The notes beneath the pieces are model-generated. The model was not told the DNA's origin. It made no database searches and saw only the letters and a program-made list of their open reading frames with translations. DNA of 64,000 nucleotides from Massalongia carnosa (Eukaryota): contig OZ287083.1 of assembly GCA_965645245.1 (NCBI GenBank), positions 1,612,001 through 1,676,000 of the forward strand, in the 5' to 3' direction. Each line of letters begins with the position of its first letter. Position 1 is the first letter of the stretch. Shown piece after piece: positions 48,280 through 60,937 of this stretch. The translations under genes and the position numbers were made by a program.

Positions 48280-49408
48280 TCAAACGTCCCCAAACCACCT
48301 ATGTGCCAATGCCTCGTGTGCCGTGAACCTCTTCGCTGGATCAAACTTCATCAAACCACTAATAAGATCTTTGAAGTCCGTGTCTACGCCTTTCCACAAA
48401 GAGAAAAGCTTATGCGGGTTAGCCGTGTTAAAGCTGTCTTGAATAACTTTAAGAACTTCGCATCAAGGACTGTCGCCAAGATGCTTCAAGAGCCCATTCA
48501 GTCCGTCCTCGTCCGCAAAATAAGAGATCTGGCGCTTGAGGACGACTGCTAATGGCTCCTCGCCGTCAGCCAGCTCCTCGTCGACGGCGAAGATGACTCT
48601 CTTAAACACTGCGTAAATGCACTGCATGACGACACTAGTGAACAGCCACTCTAAAATACGAGGGATGGTAGATGACTTACAACAACACCGAAAGAGAATA
48701 TATCGGAATACTTAACGCGGCCTTGAGCATGTGCTTCCGGGCTCCGCCACACTCAGTTGCCCATCTGTTTACCGGTGACATCGCTTCCAGGAGGTATATA
48801 TGCAGCGTCTTCAATATCGGCGAGCTGAACCTGTTCAATAACCACTCCGTGATGATCCTTCTTCCGCTCGACCAAGATATTATTCGCTTTGATATCTGCA
48901 GAGTATCAGCCCCATAAACAGAAGGAGCCTAGTTTATCAGAATGAACAATGTTCTGGTCGTGCAGCGCCGCAAGTCCGCGTAATGTGTCTTTGAGGATTT
49001 GTTTTATAAGCGCGATCGATAAGTCCTCTCGGGCGAGGCCTAGAAGATCGTCTATGAAATATTTGTAAACAAATATCGACCGCTCCGGGATCGTGTCTTA
49101 AGATAAGCGGAGATAAGTGCCAGTTGCGCAGGCAGTAGTACATATCCTGAAAATGCTTGAAATCAGACTGAGAGACATCTTTCAATATAAAGTTCTGGTT
49201 TTTGGCGCTAGGTCGACAGAGGCTAGCAAGTTAAATAGCGTCAGTTGTCGAGTTTCAGGAGCACGTACATAGCAAGACAGACGCGGCGCAGCGGATTTCC
49301 TTTCTCTTGGAGGACTCGCTGGATGATATAACGATGGCCGGACTGGCCAACCGGCTCCGTGGTCGTAGACGCGTTCTTCCGTTAGGCATGGACTGTTACT
49401 GATGTCAT
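48280..49408 (-). pseudogene. Ser/Thr protein kinase pseudogene, copy B
   Basis: Paralogue of 31737-32867 sharing the GN*VWRSPE stop. Confidence 0.8.
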
Positions 49409-50829
49409 TTTACTGTTAGGATGACGAAGTCGGATGAAAGGGCTTGTAGCGGAAGAAGGCGTTAGCAAACCTAATGTTGAAAATTGAGCCACACCTAAGT
49501 ACGTTCGGTTTTGCAAGAGGCGAGAACGAGCGTGATAGAGACATCAAAGCGATAAAAGGTCTAAATTGAACGAAGTGTACGTATGGTAGTCAGAGCAATC
49601 CCTCAATCGCCCTGTCTCCAGCCCTCCGATAGCATAGACTAGGGCATGAGATGTTGTTCTATACGCTATAAGTCTTGACTAGATCAGCCTTGCATACGTA
49701 GCCACCGAGCTTTCTATTGCTCAGTATTCAGCCCGTCCTGTTTGTTGGATTTCTGGACTTGCTCGAGCGCATGGGGAATGGAAGGCAAATCCGCGATGTA
49801 GGACACCAGCGGTGAGGGAGGGGAGGATCGGTGATGGCGGTAGACATCTCCACCGACGTGCTGACCTCCGCCCACCGCATCGTGCAGGCGGCGGGCTTCG
49901 TGGGCCAGATCGAGCTGCTGCAAGGCAATTTCATGAACTTGACCGGCATCCCGCAGCACCACATATTGGGGGTCCCCTAAGCAGTTCGACGCCATTGTGA
50001 GCTTCTGGGCCTTCTCCATCACTTCATCCCCCCCTGGACGGTTAGGATGCGCTGCTCCGCCAATGACGGCGCTACCTGCCCCTCAGGGCGCGTGGTTCTC
50101 GAAGGATCTTTGACTTGACAAGTGGAGATGCCGAGCGATGTAGAACATATGTTCTGCAATCGGCATACATCGCTCGAGATAGGGAAAAGTTTTTCATTCC
50201 GCTCCTTCGATCATTGCAATCATTTCTTCTCTATACTGTGAGATATACACCATGCGCAAGAACTTCTCGACATTATACAAGGTTCCACGAGCAATCAAGT
50301 CATTGTCAATGAATGTTCTAAAATTAGACCCTCGAAAGAAGCCGGGTTATTCTTAATCACATGATAGTCAAAAGTCAAGCCCAAATTTTTCTCTGTTCAT
50401 TTCATTGTTTCAGCAATTTGCCATGTTGAGCTTGACCAAGCAGATTGATGCAGATTTCATCCTTAATGTACTTCTGTCGGATCGTTCTTATTGATCTGGA
50501 AAATGATGTTCTCCTTGTCTATCTAAACTGGAAATTCTAGCTAGCTATATAGACCATTTCGCCACATTCTTTCATAATCTAGATATCTTCCAGCCACTTC
50601 TATTTACTAATAGATCATTAGTGATCCGGAACCCATGCGAGGTACAATGCTTTGAAATCATTGAGTATTAGAAATCAGATATATGGCATAGAAAGAAATA
50701 GCATCTGAAAGATCGAGGCCTCGGTTATTAGTCCGAAATCACGTGCTTTTCCTTCAACAGGATCTTACTTCGGGAATTGGCTTGAACCACGGTCTATTAA
50801 TATCGACATACCCCCCCAGATTTAGCATA

Positions 50830-53800
50830 CTATGCTGAAGCTGCTTCCTGACCTTGATTAGCCAATATGACTGATATGTCAGTCAAATGCAGCTGTTTGA
50901 TGAAATCGTCATGTTTCTGACGAGGTAAGACCTTGGTAAATCCGTCGGCAGGCATTTCCGCTGTGGGCATCCAACTGACGTTTATACGACCAGCTTGAAC
51001 TTCTTGCCTTAACCAGTGACGATGTATATCCACATGCCGAAGCTTAGTATCTAGCTTCAACATCTCTTTATCTAGGATCCTGAGGGTCTGGCGATTATCG
51101 CACCGAATGTGCAACTTTTCCATGGGATTGAACCGAATGGCTTGAAAAAACCGTTTCCACCACATAGCTTCCTTGGCGGTCCGAGACAGGGCTAGCAACT
51201 CGGCTTCAGTGCTCGATGTGGTGACCGTGGCTTGTTTAGCTGCTCGCCAGTCTATTGGTCCACCATACAGCTGAAAAAGGTAACCATCGGAGCTTCTTCG
51301 AGTCAACTCATCATCAGCAAACGCTGCATCGCTAGCACACATCAGAATGTCAGTTTTCTGATGACCGTTATATTCTATAGCCAGGTTTTTAGTCCCATTT
51401 AGATAAGCAATAACCCGATCGGCCGCAGACAGATGATCCGGGCACGGGTTTTGTAAGAATTGAGCTAATTTTGCAGTTGCAAATGCTATATCGGGCCGGG
51501 ATATTACCGCTGCGAAGTTCAATGAACCTACCCGTTGCTGGTACGCATATATACGTTGACTGTCTGCTTTTTGCTCGTTTTCATTGGCTGGAGGCACCAC
51601 TGTCAGTGGTGTTTTCGCGGTTTCCCCGTGCTGATTAAATTTCGCAGCCATTTTGGTAATGTATGAGTCCTGACATAACCATATCTTCTTATTTGCTCGG
51701 TCTCGGGTAATCCTTATACCGAGAAACCATTTCAATTCCCCTAGAGCATGCATTTCGAATCGTTTCAGGAGAGCTTTCTCAAATTCTTGTAATTTGTCCG
51801 AATTATGCTTCCTGCATATGACCACAATGTCATCGACATAGAAGAATAGGATAATCCACTCATTGGCAAATAGACAGTTGACCCCTGGGACTGGCGCTAG
51901 TCCGAGTTCCTCTAGGGCCATGGTTAGGAGCTTATACCATAGAATCGGTGCTTGTTTTAATCCGTACAGAGCTTTTCTAAGCTTCCAACAGTATCCGGGC
52001 TTGTCAAAACCTTCTGGACACTCACAAAAGATTTCATCATCAATCGGGCTATTTATGAAAGCACTGACCGCATCATACTGGTAGATATCAAGGTCAAATG
52101 CAGCTGAAATAGCCATTAGAGCTCGAAACGTTCTCGCTGCCAATGTTGCAGCATACGTATCTTGCTGAGTCATCTGAAGATCTCCTCGTACACATAGACG
52201 GGCCTTGAATTTCTCAACATAGCCGTCGGTGTCATGCTTATACTTAAATACCCAGGTGAGTGGTATCCGGTCCTGTCCCTGAACTTTTTCCACTAGCTCG
52301 TACGTACCACGCCTTTCAAGCTCGGTGAGCTCTTTGATGGCCGCTAGCTGGAATTCCTGCGAAAAACGGTGATGGAGCATCTGCCTCCAATATCGGGGCT
52401 CCACCGGGATCTCATCCCGATGGAATTTCTTCAAGGTTCCGACCTGTGGCCGTTCTAGGCCGACCGAAAACGCTGCATGGAACGGGGTTAACTTGCTGAC
52501 TGATGCCAACGCAATTGCATATGCCTGTTTCCTTGATCTAGTGTTCCTGGCAATTGATTCATCCGTTGTCTCTACCACCCGAGGCGTCCGTCTCGGCCTA
52601 GCCGACTGTCTCGGCTGGCTCGGTCCGTCCTCGGTTGATTGAACACCTGGCATTCCTTGAACGTCCGGCTCGGAGCTTATTTGAACGTCCGATTGCAGAG
52701 TCTTTTCCAAACCATCACGCTCCGGTGTCTTTTCAGGGGTAGGTAAGTGAGGATTGTTTTCCATATCGGTATGAGGAAACATCGTCTTTTCTGACGTTTC
52801 TGTTTCACTAGGTTGATTGGTTGTTTGGTCCAATCTCGGACCTACCTCCTCATCGTCTTGCTCAATCATCACTTCTGCAAAGGATGTTTCGGGCAATTCC
52901 AACACCTGAATCACGTTTTCCACGGTTATGTTTAATAAATGTCCTATATCGAGCTCATTGGGCTCATAGAATCTTGTCTTATCAAACATTACATCCCTGG
53001 TCCGGATGACTTTCATACGGCTGGGAATCCATATTCGAAAGATGTTAGTGGAGTCGTATCCCACCAGGTATCCAATAAAAGCCCTTGGTTCGAGCTTCTC
53101 TTTCCTGGGAATCACCTGATTAAGCGGGAACGCTCGACAACCATACGGCTGCAGGTGAGATAGTTTCGGTTTTTCCCCGGTTAATTTATCTATTGGTGTT
53201 TTCCACCCTAGCATCTTCTTCGGGGTCCGGTTATTTAGATAACCAAACGTTTTGAATATTTCTGGCCACATACTAGCTGGCAAATTTGCTGCTATGCGCA
53301 GGGCCCGCGCTCGGATCACCAGTACCCCCCCAGATCGCTCGGTTTGACCGTTTTGTGCTGGAGTATATGGGGCCGATCTTTCGGTGGTGATACCTCTCAT
53401 TTTCATGAACTCGGCGAATTCTAAGCCGAGGGTTCGCTCGTCGTCTGTTCGAAAAAACCGAACGGTCTGATCGTATCTAGTCTTGGTCATTTTCAGGAAT
53501 TCCTTGATCACCCCTAGAGCATCATTTTTTCGAGTATGGGTGTAGACGAAGTCCATACTGGTATAAAAACACCTGAAGTGGCTCACCCAGTTGTCCCCGT
53601 TGTATGCTTCAGTCAGCTGAATAAGGTCATACCCTACTCGACCGAGCGGAAAATTCGCTGGCTCTTCCTGTCCCGAACGTCTCGAGATCAGGTGATGGGC
53701 TTTGGTCAGCGAGCATGTCTCGCATTGCATCGTATTCGGTGCTGACTCGGGTACTGTTACCTTAACTCCATCTACCCCCTTTTCGAGGTGAGAAATTGTT

Positions 53801-55482
53801 TCCGGTCCAGGATGACCGAGCATCTCGTGCCACTCTTTTCCCGTCGCTATCAATACCGGTTTCGGACTGGTACTGGCCGCAAATGCTCTATGCGACCTTA
53901 CCGTTGGTGGGTTGTCTTCTATCACCCAATGGCCCCCTATTTGCTTGGTGCGGCAGAACGTCTTTCCCTTCTGATGCAGATGAGAATGTTCGGTGTCCCA
54001 GTGAACCCCCTTCTTTGTTAGCTTGCTTAGGCACACCAAATTGGTGAAAAATCCTGAGGATAGCGCCACATCTAGAAGCCTGATTGGCACCGGCCCATGA
54101 GGTCCTTGTGCCGTGATATCTACCGTTCCATATCCATCTATGCTATAAACGGTTTTTCCGGCCATGAGCTTGTCATCAGTGTTTGCTATACGCGTCAACT
54201 GAAACCGCTCCGGATCATTGCATACATGAATGTCTGTTCCGCAATCCAGGGTCCAACAGTTGACCAACCTATGTGGCTCCGGTTCGGAAGCAACTGCAAA
54301 CGTTGAAAACGATCTAGGTGGTGCGGCAGGCAAGATCGAGACTGATGATCCGGCAGGCACTATCGAAACTGCAAATGCTGCAGGATCGGATTTTTCTGAA
54401 GACGATTTCTCTTCCTTTCCGACTTTTTCGACTTGTTTTGCGTGCTTATCTCGGACCGACTTGATGATCTTATCTAGCCGATGATTCTTAGCTAGCTTTT
54501 CTTCTATTATTTTCTCAATGCTCTTGTTCGGGGTCCACCCCTCTGGCCTCAGGTCCTTGAGCAAATAGTAGCAATCCTTGAAGCGGTGCTTCTTGCCACA
54601 TATGCACTTCTTCTCGGAATTTCCTTGGTCCGAGTTAGATCCCTGAGCTGATTTTTGACTCATTGTCGAGTTCGATTTTTCTTGATCTGATTGGTCAGAT
54701 CCTTGAAATGTTGCAAATGCCGAATGGGTAGCCCCCTTGCTATCTAGGGCCCTGGCGGTTCGCAAATGATTCCGGAATTCTTCCAGAAGATCCCTTATCG
54801 AGAAATCTTCCTCATTCCGATGAATTTTATACTGTAATATGGCCTCTCTACCGGCCACAAACGAACCGTCCACTGTCCTTAGCGCATTCAAGAAATCATA
54901 AATGCATCTATGTCCCTGAACGTCCGGAATTTTCAGTCTATCCGCTTCTGCATAGACTTTCTCCCATTTAAACAACCAGTGATCCAGTTGCTGACTCTTG
55001 GGAGCACGTTGTAGGTCCTTATATTTCCGAATAACTTCGAGTTCTCGGATCCGGTCCGTCGGTGCAAGCCTCTTCTTTAGAGCTGATAACTTCTTATATA
55101 TCGAGTCCTGTCCCCTGAGATATAACAAATTGGTCCGATCCACGGTGGTCAATATATATGCTTCCAGGTTTTTTAGGGCTTCGGTCTTCTCCCGATACGT
55201 ACGCAAGTCTTCTCTATGATCCTCTCTTCGCAATATCAGATCCCGTCGCTATCCCTCGGTTAAGTCCTCGGATGACACGGCACCTGCTTTCATGGAAGAG
55301 AAGGTAGGGGTAATGGGTCTGATTGGCTCGTCTGGCTCAGGTTTCGCCAGGTCCACATACTGCTCGATTCCACCTCGCTTGGCCATGGACTCCACGATAA
55401 GGATCCATTCATCCCAGTCACCGGGCTCCTTGAGGACTACCACGGTTTTCTGACTAGAAGCGGGCAAGGTAGAGAAAGACAT
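50830..55482 (-). pseudogene. Copia gag-pol polyprotein with a single in-frame TAG
   Basis: Zn knuckle CICGKKHRFKDC, protease LDCG, integrase HH..CC / RTDD / QNGQTER, RT FYVDD, RNase H SDAAF...SSTEAE...ADGFTK. TAG at 55249-55251; same frame on both sides. Confidence 0.9.
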
Positions 55483-55847
55483 CTTCTGTTCGATTGTCCA
55501 AAGAAGATGGAAGAAGTAACAATAAAGGTCAATAAGAACTTGGGGATACTGATCGATGAATGCAGCGATTAGGAAGCCGGGCTCATAACTGTCGGACCGT
55601 TCTTATTGATCTGGAAAATGATGTTCTCCTTGTCTATCTAAACTGGAAATTCTAGCTAGCTATATAGACCATTTCGCCACATTCTTTCATAATCTAGATA
55701 TCTTCCAGCCACTTCTATTTACTAATAGATCATTAGTGATCCGGAACCCATGCGAGGTACAATGCTTTGAAATCATTGAGTATTAGAAATCAGATATATG
55801 ACATAGAAAGAAATAGCATCTGAAAGATCGAGGCCTCGGTTATTAGT

Positions 55848-56877
55848 TGTAATACGGATGGCGCTAGAGGGATACGTGATCGCCTATGGCGGTTGCGGGA
55901 TTAACTAGCGTGGACCATGCCGTAGTACGAAGTCGCATAAGCCGTCGAGGCTGACACACTGCCATCTTGCCCCGAAACTTCGGAGTTATTGTTATCACGT
56001 TCTTGACTACTTACAGATCAAACACCTGTCGAGGCCGTGGTGGTAGATTGCCATGGAGTGTAAGGCGGACTCCTGTGGAGACGCCAAGGAACTCTATATG
56101 GGATCTACTGGCCTACTCGGAGCTACTGGATCTCTTGATGGTTCAAGAGAGGTAGCAGGAGGCACGGCTCGCTGGACGCAGCTTGAGCTAGGCTCCCCGG
56201 TGTAAACTTCAGCTTCAACCTTTATTACTACGTTGGTAGTGATGTCGGCTGAATGAACCTACATGACCTCGTTGTCTAGACCTTGTGTTTAGAGGCAGGT
56301 CCGCAGTGTAGCGAGGTATTCAGTCGGAGGTAACCTTCCATCACTAGGTAGTGGTGACGGCGAAATGAAGCTACATAGCCTGAGGCATGTAGTGAGGGAT
56401 CTAGCCGGGGGTAGAATTGTTCTACCTTGCAAGGGAAGGTCTAGAAGGCTGCTCGAGGCTGACTAGATGATCCAGCGAACGCCGAGTTCGTGGATGGATC
56501 CTGAGGGATGGTTGGATGTAATGCGATAAAGTCGGATGTGGATTGCAAGGCTGTAATGCTCGCAAGACTCCCAAGGCTTGCAAGGCTCCTAAGGTTCCAA
56601 AGCTCCCAAGGCTATAGGCTTGGGGTGAGTAGGATAAATATCAGAACGAATCTTGTAGTATTCGTTAGCAATTAGTCTTTATTCTATGAACAACCTACGT
56701 TTGGGTCTCGGACGAGATCTCTTGGTCTAAGCACTTCCACATCAATTAGTTCTTTGGATCACATATACTCTCGGAGACTAGCACGTAGTAGCTATCTTCC
56801 TCCTCTCACGCTGAGCATTTCCCCTTTCGAGATCAGTGTCGCTCGTGATAAGCTTACTGGTCTCGTAGCCCATTACA
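55848..56877. mobile_element. 1030-bp solo LTR nested in the Copia 5' LTR
   Basis: TGTAAT...ATTACA ends, 5-bp TSD TTAGT; the uninterrupted site is seen in the other LTR (~50728-50732). Confidence 0.88.
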
Positions 56878-57213
56878 TTAGTCCGAAATCACGTGCTTTT
56901 CCTTCAACAGGATCTTACTTCGGGAATTGGCTTGAACCACGGTCTATTAATATCGACAACTTCTTAACCAGATTCTTGACAAAATCTATCAAGTAATTTC
57001 TTTTTCTTAACTTCGGGGCCACTAATGATTCGGAACAGATCTTATTTAAATCAGATGCCTGTGATGACTGAAGTAAATCATTTGAAGAAGCTGAAGTTTC
57101 TGACCCCCATAACAGGAATTTTTGGGGAAAAGAGACCCTATACCGCAGCTAAGCGGGTATTGAGTGTATATATATCATAAGAAACATAAAGGGGTGATCA
57201 ATGTATGATATAT

Positions 57214-59379
57214 CCCTCTCGCTGTCATTCTAGCACCCCCCCCCAAGCTAAACCATTGTTGGTTAGAAAGCGCTAAACCTTAAACTTTAGACCAATCAAT
57301 GTTATTCCTATTCATAAGAAGTTGTACGGAGTATCAGATACCTATTTACTCGTCCCCTATCATATGAATAGCTTCCCAACAGCTGGCTTTCTTACAGCAG
57401 GGCCTGATTGGATTACATCCTCCACAAGCCCATATAGTCTGAGCACCCCTTCGCCTTCTTTTACGCCTATCGACACTTATTTCAGCCAGTGGCTCTGCCT
57501 TCCGCTTTGAAGGTCGTTTTTTCTCGGCGTTACATTGCACACATCTTTTTCTGCCTTCAAGACGAACGTAATAATGAATGGGAGATGGTACTAAAGCATC
57601 AATCGTGGTATTGATGCTTATCTTTGATGAGCCGGGCCTGATGCCCGCTTGATTTGATATCAGTTCAAGAGCAATCCGACGAAGAAATTCAGAACGAGTA
57701 AATTTTATCTCCTCGGAATCGAAAGAGTTCAGCGAGTAAAGTTTATAGGCATTCAATCCGGCTGCATCTAAAATAAAAATGAACAAAGGCCACCAGTAAC
57801 GATCCGTTCGACGATTGTATGAGTAAATCGCTCGTTGCTGAGCGTTTCCATCCGATCCCCCCATATGAAGATTATATTCTTTGATTGGGGCTGGTATCGG
57901 TAATCCTAAGGGCCGTCGAACCTCTTGATTGAGCAAGGGAATGGAGTGAGCCAGAGTTGATGGGAAATACGATACAATAGGTTGAAGAGAGGTCTCGGGA
58001 ATTCCATATCTCTTGTGCGGATTTATATAGTGCATTTCGTACAAGTCCTGAGGAGAATGACCGGTGGTCATGTACTGCACACCATTATTATCCACCCAGC
58101 CCATACAAAGCACCTTATCGTCGACCACCATATGGGCCTGAAGACCCCAGTCTTTTCCTTTTGAAGTGACGTCCCGTATGGCCAACAATTCTTCTGGAAA
58201 GCCCGAGCCCTTTTTAGCAATTCCACTGGCAGCTATTCCGATTGATCGAAGTGCCTTGAATAATTTCGTACTAGTAAAGAAATTATCACAGAAAAGATGA
58301 TAATTCAGTGAGGATAGAAGTTCTTTACATAACTGAATCACTAGCAAAGCACTAGGAGTTAGTTTATCTTTTGGCAAAAATCCCAATTGTCTGACTGTTT
58401 TCAATTCACTTATTCTGCTACTCTTCGAGGCAAACATAAATGACAACAGATAATTATCCTGACAGAGACTGTAGATTTTAAATCCTTTATGGGCACTTTT
58501 TGTAGTAATCTGCAAGGTATGTCGAGAACGGCCCTTGAATAACACCAGCTGTTCATCTATAGATATCATACTTCCTGGTCTGCAATGTTTCAATGAAGTC
58601 TTTCGGAAATCAGTAGCCAACGGTTCCAGTTTCTTCCACCAATCAGGTCCTTGACCAAGTCCGATAGGCTCAGTCTGTCCATTATTGATTTTCAAAAATC
58701 GTTTGATTTGTTGAAATCGACCAAGCGACATCGCGGACAGAATAGGCATGATAACTGGTTTGTCAGGACGTTGATTCCAATAATCCTCTGTAGCAGGTAG
58801 ATGATCGAGTCCCATAAGAATTAATATGCCCAAAAAAACCTCAATTTCCGAGTCAGTAGTGTCAGTCCAAACCCGATGATTGTTCTCCTTCTCCTTTTCC
58901 ATGTAGTTATTTGCCTTGATATTGGTATGATTTGCGATGATACGACAATGCTGCCTTGTTATAAATAACCGAAATAATCCCAAAGGATTTCGGGAATCGT
59001 TTTCAACGAGCGGAACAAAAGGCCTGTTTTCAACCCGAATGGGGGTATATTTTGAGGAAATAGGGGGAAGGTCGATTAAAATATCCCGAACACTTCTTTT
59101 GCGATTTATTTTATGTTGCTTCGCTGAAATGGGAGATTTGTCTGATACACTCGGGATTTCTTCTTCATTGAGCGTCATACTTATAATATCAATTCCGAAG
59201 CTAGAAGAATAGTAATTTATGTGATTTATTTTAATTGAATGACCGAATAGTATTCTTTGAAAAGTAAACAAACGCGCAAACACTCTAGAGAAAACTAATG
59301 TTCTGATGACTTATCGGTGCGGAAGCTAGTCCAATATAGATTAGCTTGGGAGGGGGGTGCTAGAATGACAGCGAGAGGG
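57214..59379 (-). mobile_element. piggyBac-like DNA transposon
   Basis: ~38-bp TIRs CCCTCTCGCTGTCATTCTAGCACCCCCC...; absent from the copy A site at ~34180; flanks ATAT / ATAA. Confidence 0.92.
57346..59178 (-). CDS. piggyBac transposase (~610 aa, open)
   Basis: SIDEQLVLFKGR, GFKIY, FCDNFFTS, YNLHMGGSD, YWWPLF..ILD....NAY, C-terminal Cys-rich domain. Confidence 0.9.
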   Translation of the reverse strand: MTLNEEEIPSVSDKSPISAKQHKINRKRSVRDILIDLPPISSKYTPIRVENRPFVPLVENDSRNPLGLFRLFITRQHCRIIANHTNIKANNYMEKEKENNHRVWTDTTDSEIEVFLGILILMGLDHLPATEDYWNQRPDKPVIMPILSAMSLGRFQQIKRFLKINNGQTEPIGLGQGPDWWKKLEPLATDFRKTSLKHCRPGSMISIDEQLVLFKGRSRHTLQITTKSAHKGFKIYSLCQDNYLLSFMFASKSSRISELKTVRQLGFLPKDKLTPSALLVIQLCKELLSSLNYHLFCDNFFTSTKLFKALRSIGIAASGIAKKGSGFPEELLAIRDVTSKGKDWGLQAHMVVDDKVLCMGWVDNNGVQYMTTGHSPQDLYEMHYINPHKRYGIPETSLQPIVSYFPSTLAHSIPLLNQEVRRPLGLPIPAPIKEYNLHMGGSDGNAQQRAIYSYNRRTDRYWWPLFIFILDAAGLNAYKLYSLNSFDSEEIKFTRSEFLRRIALELISNQAGIRPGSSKISINTTIDALVPSPIHYYVRLEGRKRCVQCNAEKKRPSKRKAEPLAEISVDRRKRRRRGAQTIWACGGCNPIRPCCKKASCWEAIHMIGDE

Positions 59380-60937
59380 ATAATATAAGATGGGAAACAA
59401 GAAAATAAAGAAATAAATAGAATAATATCAACGAAGCAGTAGAAGCCCGCCAGCGACGAAGTAACAGATGACAGTAAATAGAGAGCGAATGGATAGCAAA
59501 TTAAGTAGACAGCAGATTAAGTAGTAGTTGGACAACAAATAAAGTAAGAATTTAATTAATCAAATACATGAATTGACAAATGCACTACTTCACCTGCTGT
59601 TCATCTGCTGCTTCGTTTACTACTTCACCCGTGCCTACTGATAAATAAGATGAAATTCACGTGTAGGTATAATAGCATGATTGTCATTGAAGGTAATTAT
59701 CTATGTGGGCTATCGATCTGCTTTTATAGCAGTCACAAAAAGCAGTCACATAACAGTGATGCTTTAGGCCTCCCATAGCTGCCTGTTAGGCACCTCTATA
59801 ACTGTCTATTATGCACCTCTTATAGGTGCCTGGCAGGTACCCGTGGGACTCACGATGGATGCCTATACTAGTGGTAGTCTGACTATCTTGTTGAACAAAA
59901 AATCAACCAGGCATACGGCAGCGGGATGCAGGAGAAGAGGGTCTAGGGCTATCAAGGATAGGCAAAGAGAAGTGCTTGGCAAACGTGATGCAGGTACTCC
60001 GTATTTCCAGTGAAGATACTCCAAATTTAGCTATCGGCTGAACTGAATTCTGAACGACTGAATAGCTAAATTACATGAGGAATCACCGTCTCTTTATACT
60101 ACTTGAAGGCCTCCATCTCGGCCTATATCAAATGCATGAGCCTGCTTCCTTTGAACCTTTTCAGCTGGGCAAAATACATTTTATTGCTGACCGGAGACAC
60201 CGAGACACTCAGTGATCATGAACAGCTGAATTGCCTCCGAAATGTGGCATTATTGCTGCATACCTTTGCCTCCTCGTTGTTGCCGAAGTCGTGCCGATAT
60301 CTGAAGCTTTTCGCATATAGCATATGATTGCCTAATCTGGAAATTAGTAAGCAGGAGGCAAAAGAACCTCGGTCGCAAATATTCAGGTATCTCGGCAAAT
60401 TCCAATACATCTAACCGATGGTAACGTAACTCACTGGGCAACGGGACAAACTGGGCAACGGGACTAAGTAATTCCGAAATCATCACTTTTTGACCACTCT
60501 CATACATTTTACATGCAAATTCAGCTTCAGACATCAAAGTAGATTATATTCATTCATCATTTTGAAACTTTATAATCATGGGTGTAGGTAAAAAAACCAC
60601 CTCCCACAAGACCTCCATTCCTTCATGTTTTCACCCCACCTCCACCTATCAACAACGATTACAGTCAGCCTTTTTGGCCTGGAAACAGGCCGATGGAGCT
60701 CTTTCCATTACGAAGGCAGCTTTTCTATATGATGTTACCAAGTCTACCCTTCATGCCCGCATTCAGGGTCGTCAATCACGATTTACGTCTGATCAAAATA
60801 ACAACTGCTGACCCCCGAGGAGGAAGACGCTTTGAAGAACTGGGTTTTACAACTGTACGCCTGGGGCTGGCCTGCTAAAATAGCTCAGCTACGTCAGATG
60901 GCCATAGAATTACTACTAGCAAGGGAGAATCATACTG

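Larger units (their letters stand above)
50475..56958 (-). mobile_element. Ty1/Copia LTR retrotransposon, full length
   Basis: 334-bp LTRs TGTCGG...TCGACA at 50475-50808 and 55590-56958 (the latter interrupted). 5-bp TSD ACTTC; PBS GTTATGAGCCC; G-rich PPT at 50809-50819; empty site at ~33930. Confidence 0.96.
36328..59990 (+). repeat. Segmental duplication, copy B (~8.2 kb core plus four primary and one nested TE insertion)
   Basis: Colinear with 20539-34792; interrupted at 36780, 41206, 50475 and 57214. Confidence 0.95.

Noticed and set aside
55234..55260. Programmed stop read-through in Copia gag
   Set aside because: The TAG falls ~78 codons into gag rather than at a gag/pol boundary; a CAG>TAG mutation is simpler.
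20539..59990. Duplication as a simple assembly artefact
   Set aside because: The copies differ by many substitutions and several TSD-bounded insertions, and the junction has its own TE structure. Falsely joined haplotypes remain possible until checked with long reads.
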